A stretch of DNA of 64,000 bases from Gemmatimonadota bacterium (GCA_020348925.1 CP070758.1:2082030-2146029); one strand, 5' to 3'. Shown: positions 31,877 to 42,145, counted from the first letter of the stretch. Program-made: numbers and translations. The notes: a model not told the origin generated them from the sequence alone.

Positions 31877-32581
31877 ATGAGCATTCAAAAAAAGAGACTG
31901 ACAAGATTGTACGAATCCATCGTCGGAGATATCGATGAAAGCCATTTCGAACGGCTCTGGGAGACATTCTGCCGTGCCGGACTCGATCTTCGAAAGCGAT
32001 TGCTGTGTGCCATTTCGACGCTAGTGACGATGGGAAAGAGCCGACACCTTGAATTTTTTATCGAATGGGCCTTGAGTGAGAACGTGGTCCCTGTCGAGAT
32101 CAACGAGGTCATTCTTCAATCGTATCTCTTTGCGGGATACCCGGCGGCCATTGAAGGCTTGTTCGTTCTTCGCAAAGTCCTTCAGAAGAGTGGGATGTCT
32201 TTTGAAGCGTCGGATGTGGGTTATGATGTTCGTGGATGGCGGGAGCGTGGACTCAAACTGTGCAGGCAGGTCTATGGAAAGAATTTCAATCGTCTGCAAG
32301 AGAATATGGCGGAGTTGAGCCCTGAATTGGCGGAGTGGATGATTGTGGAAGGGTACGGAAAAGTACTCGACCGTCCGCAGCTCGGCACGGTGGAACGGGA
32401 ACTGTGCACCGTCGCCTCGCTGACGGCCATGGGCTGGGAACGGCAGCTTCTCTCTCACATCAAGGGAGCCCTCAATGTCGGGGCTCCGGAGGACGAAGTC
32501 AGGGAGGCAATATGTCAGACAGCACTTTTTGCCGGAGATCCCGCCTCCCAGAATGGGCTCGAACTTTTGAATCACTGTTAG
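31877..32581 (+). CDS. Carboxymuconolactone decarboxylase (CMD) family protein, two-domain
   Basis: EVILQSYLFAGYPAA; YGKVLDRPQL..ERELCTVASL...HIKGALNVG. Confidence 0.82.
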   Translation: MSIQKKRLTRLYESIVGDIDESHFERLWETFCRAGLDLRKRLLCAISTLVTMGKSRHLEFFIEWALSENVVPVEINEVILQSYLFAGYPAAIEGLFVLRKVLQKSGMSFEASDVGYDVRGWRERGLKLCRQVYGKNFNRLQENMAELSPELAEWMIVEGYGKVLDRPQLGTVERELCTVASLTAMGWERQLLSHIKGALNVGAPEDEVREAICQTALFAGDPASQNGLELLNHC

Positions 32582-32714
32582 TGTGAAACAGTATTTCGTG
32601 TTTCTGTGTATCGAAGGACTCAGCTTCTGACACGCTTCAATTTTCTCCGTGATACTATCCAATATACAAAGGGGTGTCGAGAGGTACTGTTTGGATTTCA
32701 GAGGACAAAAATCC

Positions 32715-32742
32715 TTGACTTCAAAAGCTCGTTGTGTATATT
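32715..32742 (+). promoter_or_regulatory. Sigma70-type promoter
   Basis: TTGACT-16 bp-TATATT upstream of the Lon-like gene. Confidence 0.5.
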
Positions 32743-32891
32743 TACGTGCCGATTGAAACCTTCTTGATATATCACAAATCTTTACCTTTCACCTGGTATT
32801 CGGAGAGGAGAAAAGATCATCGACAGTCTCTATTCTTATGAATCCTTTTTGGCGAAATGATGGGACGTACGAAACGAACCGGAGGTGAGTC

Positions 32892-35348
32892 ATGCCGAAT
32901 GTGAAGAGATCGAAAGAAGTTCCTGTCAGCAAGTTGCGATGGCGATGTGATCCCCGGCGATTCAAATTTAAAACGACGGATCAACTTGATCCGTGTACCG
33001 AAATCTTGGGGCAGGAGAGGGCTCTCAGGGCGGTCAGACTCGGATTGGATATTGAGAGTGAAGGGTATAATGTCTTTGTCACAGGGCTCGCTGGAACAGG
33101 CCGAGATACAACAGTGAAAATGATGCTTGAAGAACTCAAGGAAGGCAAAACACCGAACGATATCTGCTATGTGAACAATTTCAAGAATCCGGATATGCCG
33201 ACAGTACTCTATCTCAAGGCTGGAGAGGGATGCCAGTTCAGGAGTGAGATGGATGATCTTATTCTCACGCTCAGAAAGCAGATTCCGGTCGCATTTGAAA
33301 GCGATGAATTTCAACAGAAAAGACAGGAGATCATCAATTTTCACAGAGAGCGAGAGAAGGAGATTGTGAAAGCCTTTGAGGAAAAGGTGACGCAGGCCAA
33401 ATTTGCGCTGGTCCAGCTCCAAGTGGGCCCGTACACAAAACCGGAAGTGATGCCGGTCATTGATGAAAAGCCGGTGGCTCTGGATCAGTTGGAGGCGTCT
33501 GTCGCCTCGGGGGAGTTTTCCGCTGAAGAGTATGAGAAATTGAAAGAGAAGTACGAGCAATTTTCAGCAGAACTTGCCGAAGTGTTCAAGGAGACGCGGA
33601 AGATCGAGAAAGAGACCCGCACGAAATTGGTTGCGTTGGACCGTGAGGTTCTCCTGCCTATTATCAAACGTTACATTGACGATATCCGTGAAAAATTTCG
33701 ATACGACAAGGTGGAACAATACTTGGTTGAGGTTCAAGAGAGCATCCTGGGCAACATAGACCTTTTTCGCGGAAAGGAGAAGGAGAAGGAGCAGGAGCAA
33801 AATATTCTCGGAATGATGGCAGCACAGCAGGGAGATCCCTTTTTGGAGTACAAGGTCAATCTTTTGGTGGATAATTGTGACACGAAGGGCGCTCCCATTG
33901 TTTTTGAGACGAATCCGGTGTTCAAAAACATCTTCGGTACCATCGAGCGAGTTTGGGATCGCCTTGGGCAGTGGCGAACCGATTTCACAAAGATTAAGGC
34001 TGGTTCGTTTCTGAGAGCCAATAACGGGTACCTGGTTCTGAATGCCCTTGACGCTCTTGTCGAACCCGGAGTTTGGCAGGGGTTGAAACGTTGTCTGAAG
34101 ACTCATACCATTGAGATTCAGAGCTTCGATCCGTTTTATATGTTTACGACTTCCGGTATGAAGCCTGAGGCCATAGAGACAAAGGTGAAGGTGGTTATGA
34201 TCGGTGATCCGCACCTCTATGAATTGCTTTATTTTCGCGATGAGGATTTTCAGAAAATCTTCAAGGTGAAGGCCGATTTTGATACCGTCATGGATAATAT
34301 CGGAAAGACCCCTGTGCAGTATGCGCAATTTATTCGCAAATTGTGTCAGCAGGAGCATCTCAAGCCCTTTGATCGGACCGGTGTTGCTGAGGTTGTTGAG
34401 TATGCGGTCCGCCTGGCCGGCCGGCAAAAGAAGATTTCTGTCAAGTTCACCCAAATCTCAGATTTAATCAGGGAAGCCAGCTATTGGGCTGAAAAAGAAA
34501 GAACGAAAAGTGTGACCGCACAGCATGTCGATAAAGCATTAGAAGAAAAGTACTACCGCGTTCGAAAGATCGAGGATAAGATCCAGGAAATGATCGATGA
34601 AGGAACGATCATGATCGATACGAGGGGGAAGAAGGTGGGACAGGTCAACGGTCTGTCGGTCTACAATCTGGGTGATTACTCTTTTGGAAAACCTTCTCGG
34701 ATCACGGCCGAGACGTCGATGGGGCGATCCGGGATTATTAATATTGAGCGCGAGGCAAAATTGAGCGGGAGTACTCACGATAAGGGCATGCTCATTCTGG
34801 GCGGCTATTTGCGAGGAAAGTATGCCCAGGATAAACCGCTCACCATGAGCGCCAGCATCTGTTTCGAGCAGTCATACAGCGGTGTGGATGGTGACAGTGC
34901 CTCCTCCACAGAAGTGTATGCTCTGTTATCCAGTCTGTCGGGGCTTCCCCTTCGTCAGGATATTGCAGTCACCGGGTCTGTGAACCAGAAGGGCGAAGTG
35001 CAACCCATCGGTGGTGTCAACCAGAAGATCGAGGGGTTTTTCGATGTCTGCAGGGCGAAAGGACTCACGGGAACTCAAGGGGTCCTCATCCCTCATCTCA
35101 ATATCAACGATCTTATGTTGAGGAAGGACGTCGTTGAAGCGGTGAAGAAGGGGAGGTTTCATATCTATGCTGTGAAGATGATTGACGAGGGCATTGAGAT
35201 TCTGACAGGTGTTGAAGCCGGAAAGCGTCGTAAAAATGGAACCTTCAGGCAGGGTACGGTCAACCACTTGGTCGACAAACAGCTCGAAAAGCTGGCCCAA
35301 GGTTTGAAGAAGTTTAAAGAGGAAGAATCGAAGAAAAAGGAGAAATAA
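32892..35348 (+). CDS. Lon-like S16 protease (LonC/LonB-related)
   Basis: ILGQERA, degenerate P-loop GLAGTGR, GQVNGLSV, FEQSYSGVDGDSAS (catalytic Ser), QPIGGVNQKIEGF (Lys); RBS GGAGGTG. Confidence 0.92.
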   Translation: MPNVKRSKEVPVSKLRWRCDPRRFKFKTTDQLDPCTEILGQERALRAVRLGLDIESEGYNVFVTGLAGTGRDTTVKMMLEELKEGKTPNDICYVNNFKNPDMPTVLYLKAGEGCQFRSEMDDLILTLRKQIPVAFESDEFQQKRQEIINFHREREKEIVKAFEEKVTQAKFALVQLQVGPYTKPEVMPVIDEKPVALDQLEASVASGEFSAEEYEKLKEKYEQFSAELAEVFKETRKIEKETRTKLVALDREVLLPIIKRYIDDIREKFRYDKVEQYLVEVQESILGNIDLFRGKEKEKEQEQNILGMMAAQQGDPFLEYKVNLLVDNCDTKGAPIVFETNPVFKNIFGTIERVWDRLGQWRTDFTKIKAGSFLRANNGYLVLNALDALVEPGVWQGLKRCLKTHTIEIQSFDPFYMFTTSGMKPEAIETKVKVVMIGDPHLYELLYFRDEDFQKIFKVKADFDTVMDNIGKTPVQYAQFIRKLCQQEHLKPFDRTGVAEVVEYAVRLAGRQKKISVKFTQISDLIREASYWAEKERTKSVTAQHVDKALEEKYYRVRKIEDKIQEMIDEGTIMIDTRGKKVGQVNGLSVYNLGDYSFGKPSRITAETSMGRSGIINIEREAKLSGSTHDKGMLILGGYLRGKYAQDKPLTMSASICFEQSYSGVDGDSASSTEVYALLSSLSGLPLRQDIAVTGSVNQKGEVQPIGGVNQKIEGFFDVCRAKGLTGTQGVLIPHLNINDLMLRKDVVEAVKKGRFHIYAVKMIDEGIEILTGVEAGKRRKNGTFRQGTVNHLVDKQLEKLAQGLKKFKEEESKKKEK

Positions 35349-35417
35349 GAAACATCTGTTTCATTCAGTATCGAGCTCATTCTCACGTGTTTCAAAGTAT
35401 AGAGGAGTAAGACGATT

Positions 35418-36356
35418 ATGGAGAACCTCATTATTATGGGATCAGGTCCGGCTGGGCTTTCGGCAGCTCTCTATGCCTCACGATCCGCCCTTGAACCAAT
35501 TGTTATTGCCGGAGATCAGCGAGGCGGGCAGATCACTCTGACCCAGGATATGGAAAACTACCCTGGATTTCCTGAAGGTGTCGGTGGCTTTGAACTGGCA
35601 GAGTTGATGGAGAAACAGGCTGTCCGCTTCGGGGCCAGGATTTCGTCGGACGCCGTCACCGAAGTCGATCTCTCAAAACAACCTTTTGCCGTACGCACCC
35701 GTGAGAAGAACTATGAGACGAAAGCCGTCATTATCGCGACCGGCGCATCGCCCAGAACGTTGGATGTGCCCGGCGAAAAGGAGTACACAGGGAAAGGGGT
35801 TTCATACTGCGCCACGTGCGATGGATTCTTTTATCAGGACAAATCGGTTGTGGTGGTTGGTGGGGGGGACAGTGCCGTGGATGAAGGGTTGTTTCTGACA
35901 AAGTTTGCCTCGAAGGTGACGATCGTTCACCGGCGCAACCGGTTGCGGGCCGATCCGATTCTCCAGGAGAGGGCCAAGAACAACGAGAAGATGGCGTACA
36001 TTTGGGATTCGGTCGTCAGTCAGGTGTTGGGTGATGACTCGGGCGTGAAGGGTGTTCGGCTCAAAAATGTAAAGACCGATAGCGAATCGACGTACGATAG
36101 TGATGGTGTATTTATCTATATCGGTCACATTCCCAATACAACATTGTTCAAAGATCAGCTCGAAATGGATGAAGAGGGCTTTCTCATCACCGACAAGCGA
36201 CAGAAGACGAGTGTGGAAGGTGTCTTCGCTGCCGGCGATGTTCAGGATCCCGTTTACAAACAGGCCGTGACCTCGGCCGGAACAGGAGCGATCGCAGCTA
36301 TCGAAGCGGAAAAATTTATCGCTGAATTGGAAGGAAAAGCGTATCCTGGAAAATAA
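35418..36356 (+). CDS. trxB: Thioredoxin-disulfide reductase
   Basis: GSGPAG, ENYPGF, GVSYCATCDG, VGGGDSA, VFAAGDV. Confidence 0.95.
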   Translation: MENLIIMGSGPAGLSAALYASRSALEPIVIAGDQRGGQITLTQDMENYPGFPEGVGGFELAELMEKQAVRFGARISSDAVTEVDLSKQPFAVRTREKNYETKAVIIATGASPRTLDVPGEKEYTGKGVSYCATCDGFFYQDKSVVVVGGGDSAVDEGLFLTKFASKVTIVHRRNRLRADPILQERAKNNEKMAYIWDSVVSQVLGDDSGVKGVRLKNVKTDSESTYDSDGVFIYIGHIPNTTLFKDQLEMDEEGFLITDKRQKTSVEGVFAAGDVQDPVYKQAVTSAGTGAIAAIEAEKFIAELEGKAYPGK

Positions 36357-36372
36357 AAACGGCGGAACGAAT

Positions 36373-36407
36373 CGGGCAGAGTCTACGTAAGCGCTCTGCC
36401 CGTTTTT
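36373..36407 (+). terminator. Rho-independent terminator
   Basis: CGGGCAGAG...CTCTGCCCG followed by TTTTT. Confidence 0.7.
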
Positions 36408-36521
36408 ATATAAAGATAGGTATTCGAGGATTCAAGTATTATGCTTAGAGAGGCCTTTCACTTGAACACTTGAATCCTTATTGAATGATCGAGGAATAAG
36501 ATTTTGAACGAAGAATAATGG

Positions 36522-37964
36522 ATGAAACTGGAGAAACCTATGAGAAGAGAATTCAAACTACTTATCGGTGAGGAGCGGCGGGAATCGAGCGAGAAGATGG
36601 AAGTGAGGAATCCATACAACGATGAGGTCGTCGGGATCGTTCACAAAGGTGCTGCACAGGATATCGATGATGCCATTGAAAAGGCGGTCAGGGCCTTTGA
36701 GGTGACGCGGCGCATGGCGTCCCATCAAAGGTCTGAAATTCTTCATACTGTGGCGCAACGGATTCAGGAGAGAAGGGATGAATTCGCCAGGACGATCTGT
36801 CTGGAAGCGGGGAAAACCATAACCGATTCAAGAATTGAGACGGATCGTGCGGTCAACACATTTACCATAGCCGCCGAAGAGGCCAAACGAGTCGCAGGCG
36901 AAGTCATACCCCTTGATCTGCTTCCGGCCTCCGCCAACAGGCTCGGCATGACAAGGAGGTTTCCCCTCGGGCCCATGGCTGGAATCTCTCCTTTCAACTT
37001 TCCCCTCAATCTCGTGGCTCACAAGGTGGCGCCGTGCATTGCCTCGGGCAATACCATCGTTGTGAAGCCGGCTTCGACCACCCCGATGACAGCTCTGCTC
37101 TTGGGAGAGGTCGTAGTGGAGGCCGGAATGGTGGATGGGGGGATGAGTGTCGTGCCCTGCCCGGGTTCTGCGGGTGAACCTCTGGTGACGGATGCGCGGC
37201 TGAAAAAACTCACCTTCACCGGCAGTGCCGAGATTGGCTGGTACTTGAAAAGCAAGGCCGTCAAGAAAAAGGTGACATTAGAGCTGGGGGGCAACGCCGG
37301 GGCCATTGTGCACACCGACGCGGATCTCGATTATGCGGTGCCGCGTCTGGTCCGCGGCAGCTTTGCCTACGCCGGACAGATCTGTATCTCGGTGCAGCGT
37401 ATCTTTGTCCACAAGGACATTTACCAGAGTTTTATAGAGCGGTTTGTCGAAGAGACCGCGAAGTTAAGGAGAGGGGATCCGATAGAGGAGACGACCGACC
37501 TCAGCCCGATGATCGATGAGCCCAACGCCATACGGGCTGAGACGTGGGTGAATGAGGCGGTTGAGGGCGGTGCCACGGTGATGACCGGCGGGCAGAGAGA
37601 GGGCACCTATTATGAGCCCACCGTGCTGGTGGATACAAGGCCTGAGATGAAGGTCAACTGTATGGAAGTCTTCGCCCCCATCGTGACCATCACACCGTAC
37701 GATCGGTTTGAGGAGGCCGTGGCAGGGGTCAATGATTCGGATTTCGGACTGCAGGCCGGAGTCTTCACCCGGGACGTCAAACGTATTTTCTACGCCTACG
37801 ACAACATCGATGTCGGTGGGCTCATCGTCAATGATTTTCCGACCTACCGGATCGATCACATGCCGTACGGCGGCGTCAAGGATTCCGGCTTCGGCCGGGA
37901 AGGATTGCGTTACGCCATCGAGGAGATGACGGAGCTGAAGCTGTTGGCCCTCAATCTGGCGTGA
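36522..37964 (+). CDS. Aldehyde dehydrogenase family protein
   Basis: SPFNFPLNL, FTGSAEIG, LELGGN (catalytic Glu), AGQICIS (catalytic Cys), PYGGVKDSG. Confidence 0.93.
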   Translation: MKLEKPMRREFKLLIGEERRESSEKMEVRNPYNDEVVGIVHKGAAQDIDDAIEKAVRAFEVTRRMASHQRSEILHTVAQRIQERRDEFARTICLEAGKTITDSRIETDRAVNTFTIAAEEAKRVAGEVIPLDLLPASANRLGMTRRFPLGPMAGISPFNFPLNLVAHKVAPCIASGNTIVVKPASTTPMTALLLGEVVVEAGMVDGGMSVVPCPGSAGEPLVTDARLKKLTFTGSAEIGWYLKSKAVKKKVTLELGGNAGAIVHTDADLDYAVPRLVRGSFAYAGQICISVQRIFVHKDIYQSFIERFVEETAKLRRGDPIEETTDLSPMIDEPNAIRAETWVNEAVEGGATVMTGGQREGTYYEPTVLVDTRPEMKVNCMEVFAPIVTITPYDRFEEAVAGVNDSDFGLQAGVFTRDVKRIFYAYDNIDVGGLIVNDFPTYRIDHMPYGGVKDSGFGREGLRYAIEEMTELKLLALNLA

Positions 37965-38060
37965 GAAATTCAAATTTTAAAGAAATACCTTTGTATTAAA
38001 TGTTATACCTGCAAAGGCAGACATCCACCGTTCTAAAATATTATTATAAAATTATAGACG

Positions 38061-38257
38061 TGGATTCCCGCTTTCGAGAGAAGGACAAATACCTAAGCTG
38101 GGCGGTTTAATAGACCAAAGTACCGGATTTGTCATTCTGAACGGAGCAACGCGAAGTGAAGAATCTCACTCATAAGGTAAGAGATTCTTCGCCCGATAAA
38201 TCAAACTCAGAATGACATCTAAGTCATATTGTTTGCCAAGAATCGCTCAATTTAGGT
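38061..38257. repeat. Cluster of REP/MITE-like palindromic elements
   Basis: GGATTCCCGCTTTCG..GAAGGACA (38061-38087); TGTCATTCTGA...GAAGAATCTC / GAGATTCTTC...TCAGAATGACA (38130-38217), nested in an outer imperfect inverted repeat 38091-38107 / 38241-38257. Confidence 0.7.
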
Positions 38258-38344
38258 TTATGGTACGTTCTTTGAACCCTCAAGCACATTAATGGATACC
38301 GGAGTATTATATAATTATATATTTTTTCAAGGGTTTCCCGTAAG

Positions 38345-38444
38345 NNNNNNNNNNNNNNNNNNNNNNNNNNNNNNNNNNNNNNNNNNNNNNNNNNNNNNNN
38401 NNNNNNNNNNNNNNNNNNNNNNNNNNNNNNNNNNNNNNNNNNNN
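38345..38444. other. Assembly gap (100 N)
   Basis: Run of n. Confidence 1.
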
Positions 38445-38558
38445 CCCGGCCATTACAGTGTGGATTGGGATGCGAGTGAGATGGCCAGTGGCGTCTACTT
38501 CTATCGGTTGGAAGCGGGTGATTTCAGTGCGACGAAGCGGATGGTGTTGATGAAGTAG
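38445..38558 (+). CDS. 3' fragment of another FlgD-Ig/T9SS-like-tailed secreted protein
   Basis: PGHYSVDWDASEMASGVYFYRLEAGDFSATKRMVLMK*; 112/114 nt identical to 42006-42119. Confidence 0.85.
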   Translation, partial: PGHYSVDWDASEMASGVYFYRLEAGDFSATKRMVLMK

Positions 38559-38585
38559 TCTTTGCACCTCCACGGATATTTTCTC

Positions 38586-38629
38586 AGAACCGCTGGGTTT
38601 TTGATGATAAGACCCAGCGGTTCTTTTTT
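38586..38629 (+). terminator. Rho-independent terminator
   Basis: AGAACCGCTGGGT...ACCCAGCGGTTCT followed by a T-run. Confidence 0.8.
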
Positions 38630-38747
38630 CGTTCGTCTCGTGAAAGACCTTCCTGCACTCTTTTTCCTCTCATCTGGTTCCTCATCATTACGCTTCGAGA
38701 AAAAAATCTCCCTTCAGACGAAAGGTAGGCAATTGAATGCTCAAGAG

Positions 38748-38877
38748 TGCACCAAATTGCAGCAACCCCATACTGGCTTTCCCCGGTTCGATCCGACCTC
38801 GTACATCATATCTCTTTGTAATTCAATAAGATTTCAATTTTTCAGTTTTTTTTGAATCTATAGGTATGATATTTGCA
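38748..38877 (+). promoter_or_regulatory. Candidate sigma54 promoter with an NtrC-like upstream activator site
   Basis: TGCACCAAATTGCAGCA (38748-38764), an AT-rich spacer, then AGGTATGATATTTGCA (38862-38877; GG-N10-GC). Confidence 0.5.
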
Positions 38878-39227
38878 ATTTATCATTCGAATGTATCGAA
38901 TGATGCACCATTCATTTTCTTCAATAGTAATGTGAAATACCGCGAAAAGAGTTGGCAGAGACCTTCACACACGCGAACTTCTTATAAGAGAATCCATCCC
39001 ATGTCAGTAAAAGCTTTCCCCCCGAAGAGCATAATCCTATTTTCCGGAAGGAGGTGATGTCGAGGGTGGTTGATTGATCCTTGAGAGGGAGTGCATGAAG
39101 TTGTTTCACTATCCAGTATAATGACGATAGAAAGGAGGTGACGCCTTTCAGCAGATCAGTGTCAACATAATTTTCAGAAAGATGAGGAATATTCTTGAAA
39201 CTCTACAATTCTCATGGGAGAGGGAAT

Positions 39228-42119
39228 ATGAGTAAGAAATCGATTGTGTTTTGTTTTGTCATTGTTCTTCTGGCGGTAGGTCTGAGCCATATTGTTTTCG
39301 CACGTCATCTTCCGGTCGTGAAACATACTCCCGCTGCGCACAAAGAAGTTCCTCAAGTACCCTTTGTTGCGGCGGAAGTGGAAACACTCTACGGTCCCAT
39401 CTATTTTGAGGACGGTTTGCCTGATGGGTGGGAGTTCATCGACGGGAAGTGTCAGTATCACTGGCATGCTACGGAACATGGGGCGTACGACAATCATTCG
39501 TATTGGTGTGGCATTCACAGTGACACCTACAGTGGTTATTACAGCTACTGGTCCGACTGGCTGGATTCGCCGGAGATTACGATTCCGGGAGGAACCGGCA
39601 GCTTGACCTTGACCATCCTCCACAAGTTGTATACTGAGGATCCGACCGCAATGTATTGGGATGGATCTGCAGTCTTTGTGCGTGTTGATGGTGGTCCCTG
39701 GGAGGTTGTCCGCCCGACGAATACGACCGGCCATCCGGATGGTGACTTTGCGGATTATATTCGCGTGGACAGTCTGAGAGCCTGGGAATGTACAGACATG
39801 GCCAACACCGTTTACGAGAGATTGGAAGGGCTCCCCGGGTGGGCCGGATTGGGCGACAATTGGCTGACCTCCACCTTTGACCTGAGCGCTTATGCTGGTG
39901 CCTCCACCATTGAGTTTCGGTACGCCTTTGTCAGTGACTGGGGTGGGGATTCCTTTGATGAACCGGATCATTACGGCGGGAACTGGGTGGAGAGCTTTGA
40001 ACTCACGGCCGACGGAAGTGTTATTTTCTTCGATGATGCGGAGGATCCGCAAATGACGGCCAACGCTCCGTGCCCAGGTCACCAGATGAGCTTAAGCGGG
40101 AACAATCAGGCGATGAATCAGAAATATCCTGGTTGGCCTGAAGAAGAGCAGATGGATTGGCCGCCGGTCATCACTGAGCCATACCCACCATCAGGTTGGA
40201 CGCCCGGGACACAATCCGTACGGTGCGCGGACGAGATGTATCTCAATACCATGGTTGTATCTCCTTGGATCACCCTGCCGCCTCAGGGATATCCGCGAAT
40301 AGCCTGTTTCATCCTGGCGGACATGCCCGGCGGTGACTGGGATAACGACGGTGATGTCGATGATTACTGGCACTGGGAGTATGAGTCATCGGACGAACTT
40401 GGTGTGTGGCATGAATTCACGTATTCATCAGGTGGTGCTCCCACTGATAACGATTCCACGTGGGAGTACTGGTGGTGGGATCGTGTGACGCAGTTGAAGG
40501 TTCACGATCTCAATGGGCAGGAATTTCGAACCCGCTGGCGCCTGAATACCGATGGCTATCAAACTCCGGCTGATGATCCCAATGATACTGAGGCGTGTCA
40601 GAGGGATCCTTGCATCGGCAACGGATGGTTCTTGGATGAGTTTACGGTTGTCTGGCTGGGTACGCCCGCCCTGGATTTGGCTATATCGGAAATCGATATT
40701 CCGTGGATTGTCTCGGTCGATCATCCTTCGACGGTGACGATTGAATTGGCCAACATCGGAGAAACAGATATTCCGAGTGCCGTCACATTCTTCTTCCTCT
40801 TGGATCCAGAGACACTCGAACCGATCCCTGGTTGGGAGGCAGGGGTGCCCATGGGACCTCCGTATCCCTTTGTACCTGCTCTGGACACCTTCTGGTTTGA
40901 GTACGAGTGGATACCGGAGGAGGTTGATACGGTTCGTTTTAGAGCCCAATACCTGATGGTCGACGAGATCACCGAGGACGACGAATTGTTCAGTAATCGC
41001 GTTGCCATTTACCCCTCATTCCATGGGCAGCTTGGGAATACGATCCGTCAGGTCACGGGTGGGTCCGGCGGTTCCATTCAGGAGGATACCGGTCCTGCAG
41101 TCCGTTTCACGGTTCCTGATGAATTTGAGAACGGTATCTGCATCGATGCAATTCGACCCAGTCATATGGGGAACCACGCAACCCCGATTTGGGTGTATGT
41201 GAAGGGGGCAGGACCTGATGATACGACCTGGGGCGAAGATCTCATCGAACCTTTCTTGGTAAACGAGCCCGACACGCTCGGACAGCGGGTCTATTTAGAC
41301 CTGACCGGTCGTCCGGATTACGAGAACCTGTGCGGAATCACGGGCGATTTCTGGATCCACTTGAGGCAGACGGCGGAATCCAATTTCTCTTTCACGACCC
41401 GAGGTGCCGATGAGGACAACTGTCTCGAAGATCATGACGGTCGGGATTGGCTGTATTACCTCGGAACCATGGTTCGTAAAACAGACTGCTATGATATCCT
41501 GGTGCGGATCAACTGGGCGCCCGCCGGGTGTGTGGGGATTAGGGGTGATGCCAACGGCGACGGTGGTATCGACGTGCTCGACGTGCTGGCTGTGGTCAAT
41601 CACATTTTGGGTATCACTCCTCTGACAGGTGATGCCTTGTGCCGCGGTGACTGCAACGGCGATGGTGGCATCGATGTTCTCGATGCTTTGGGCATCGTCA
41701 ATGACATTTTAGGCACGGGCGGTTGTTTGCCCGGTGCGTGCAAGACGGTGCTGACGCCTGAAGCCATGGAGGTACTGGAGTCGCTGCGTTCCTACCTGTC
41801 GGCTGAGGACTACGGCCGGTTCATGGCCCTGGTCAAGGGCGAGGTGGGCATGCCTCTCGAGTACAGTCTGGCTCAGAACTATCCGAACCCCTTCAACCCT
41901 GCCACGAGCATCGAGTATTCGGTGGCCGGGAATGCGCGCACGACGCTGAGAGTGTACAACGTGCTGGGTCAGGAGCTCGTGACCTTGGTGGATGAGGTGA
42001 AGGGGCCCGGCCATTACAGTGTGGATTGGGATGCGAGTGAGATGGCCAGTGGCGTCTACTTCTATCGGTTGGAAGCGGGTGATTTCAGTGCGACGAAGCG
42101 GATGGTGCTGATGAAGTAA
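39228..42119 (+). CDS. Secreted protein with InhA/MAM-like beta-sandwich domains, CARDB-like Ig, dockerin and FlgD-Ig/T9SS-like tail
   Basis: Signal peptide MSKKSIVFCF...; LDSPEI, FDLSAYAG...FRYAFVSD, GWFLDEF; DLAISEI...ANIGE; GDANGDGGIDVLDV...[23 protein letters not shown]. Confidence 0.85.
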   Translation: MSKKSIVFCFVIVLLAVGLSHIVFARHLPVVKHTPAAHKEVPQVPFVAAEVETLYGPIYFEDGLPDGWEFIDGKCQYHWHATEHGAYDNHSYWCGIHSDTYSGYYSYWSDWLDSPEITIPGGTGSLTLTILHKLYTEDPTAMYWDGSAVFVRVDGGPWEVVRPTNTTGHPDGDFADYIRVDSLRAWECTDMANTVYERLEGLPGWAGLGDNWLTSTFDLSAYAGASTIEFRYAFVSDWGGDSFDEPDHYGGNWVESFELTADGSVIFFDDAEDPQMTANAPCPGHQMSLSGNNQAMNQKYPGWPEEEQMDWPPVITEPYPPSGWTPGTQSVRCADEMYLNTMVVSPWITLPPQGYPRIACFILADMPGGDWDNDGDVDDYWHWEYESSDELGVWHEFTYSSGGAPTDNDSTWEYWWWDRVTQLKVHDLNGQEFRTRWRLNTDGYQTPADDPNDTEACQRDPCIGNGWFLDEFTVVWLGTPALDLAISEIDIPWIVSVDHPSTVTIELANIGETDIPSAVTFFFLLDPETLEPIPGWEAGVPMGPPYPFVPALDTFWFEYEWIPEEVDTVRFRAQYLMVDEITEDDELFSNRVAIYPSFHGQLGNTIRQVTGGSGGSIQEDTGPAVRFTVPDEFENGICIDAIRPSHMGNHATPIWVYVKGAGPDDTTWGEDLIEPFLVNEPDTLGQRVYLDLTGRPDYENLCGITGDFWIHLRQTAESNFSFTTRGADEDNCLEDHDGRDWLYYLGTMVRKTDCYDILVRINWAPAGCVGIRGDANGDGGIDVLDVLAVVNHILGITPLTGDALCRGDCNGDGGIDVLDALGIVNDILGTGGCLPGACKTVLTPEAMEVLESLRSYLSAEDYGRFMALVKGEVGMPLEYSLAQNYPNPFNPATSIEYSVAGNARTTLRVYNVLGQELVTLVDEVKGPGHYSVDWDASEMASGVYFYRLEAGDFSATKRMVLMK

Positions 42120-42145
42120 ACGATCACTTTTGATCATATACGAAT

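Noticed and set aside
38445-42119. 114-nt near-identical repeat pair as DGR template/variable repeats
   Set aside because: Only two differences, both copies are normal gene ends, no pattern of adenine-specific variation, and no reverse transcriptase in the window.
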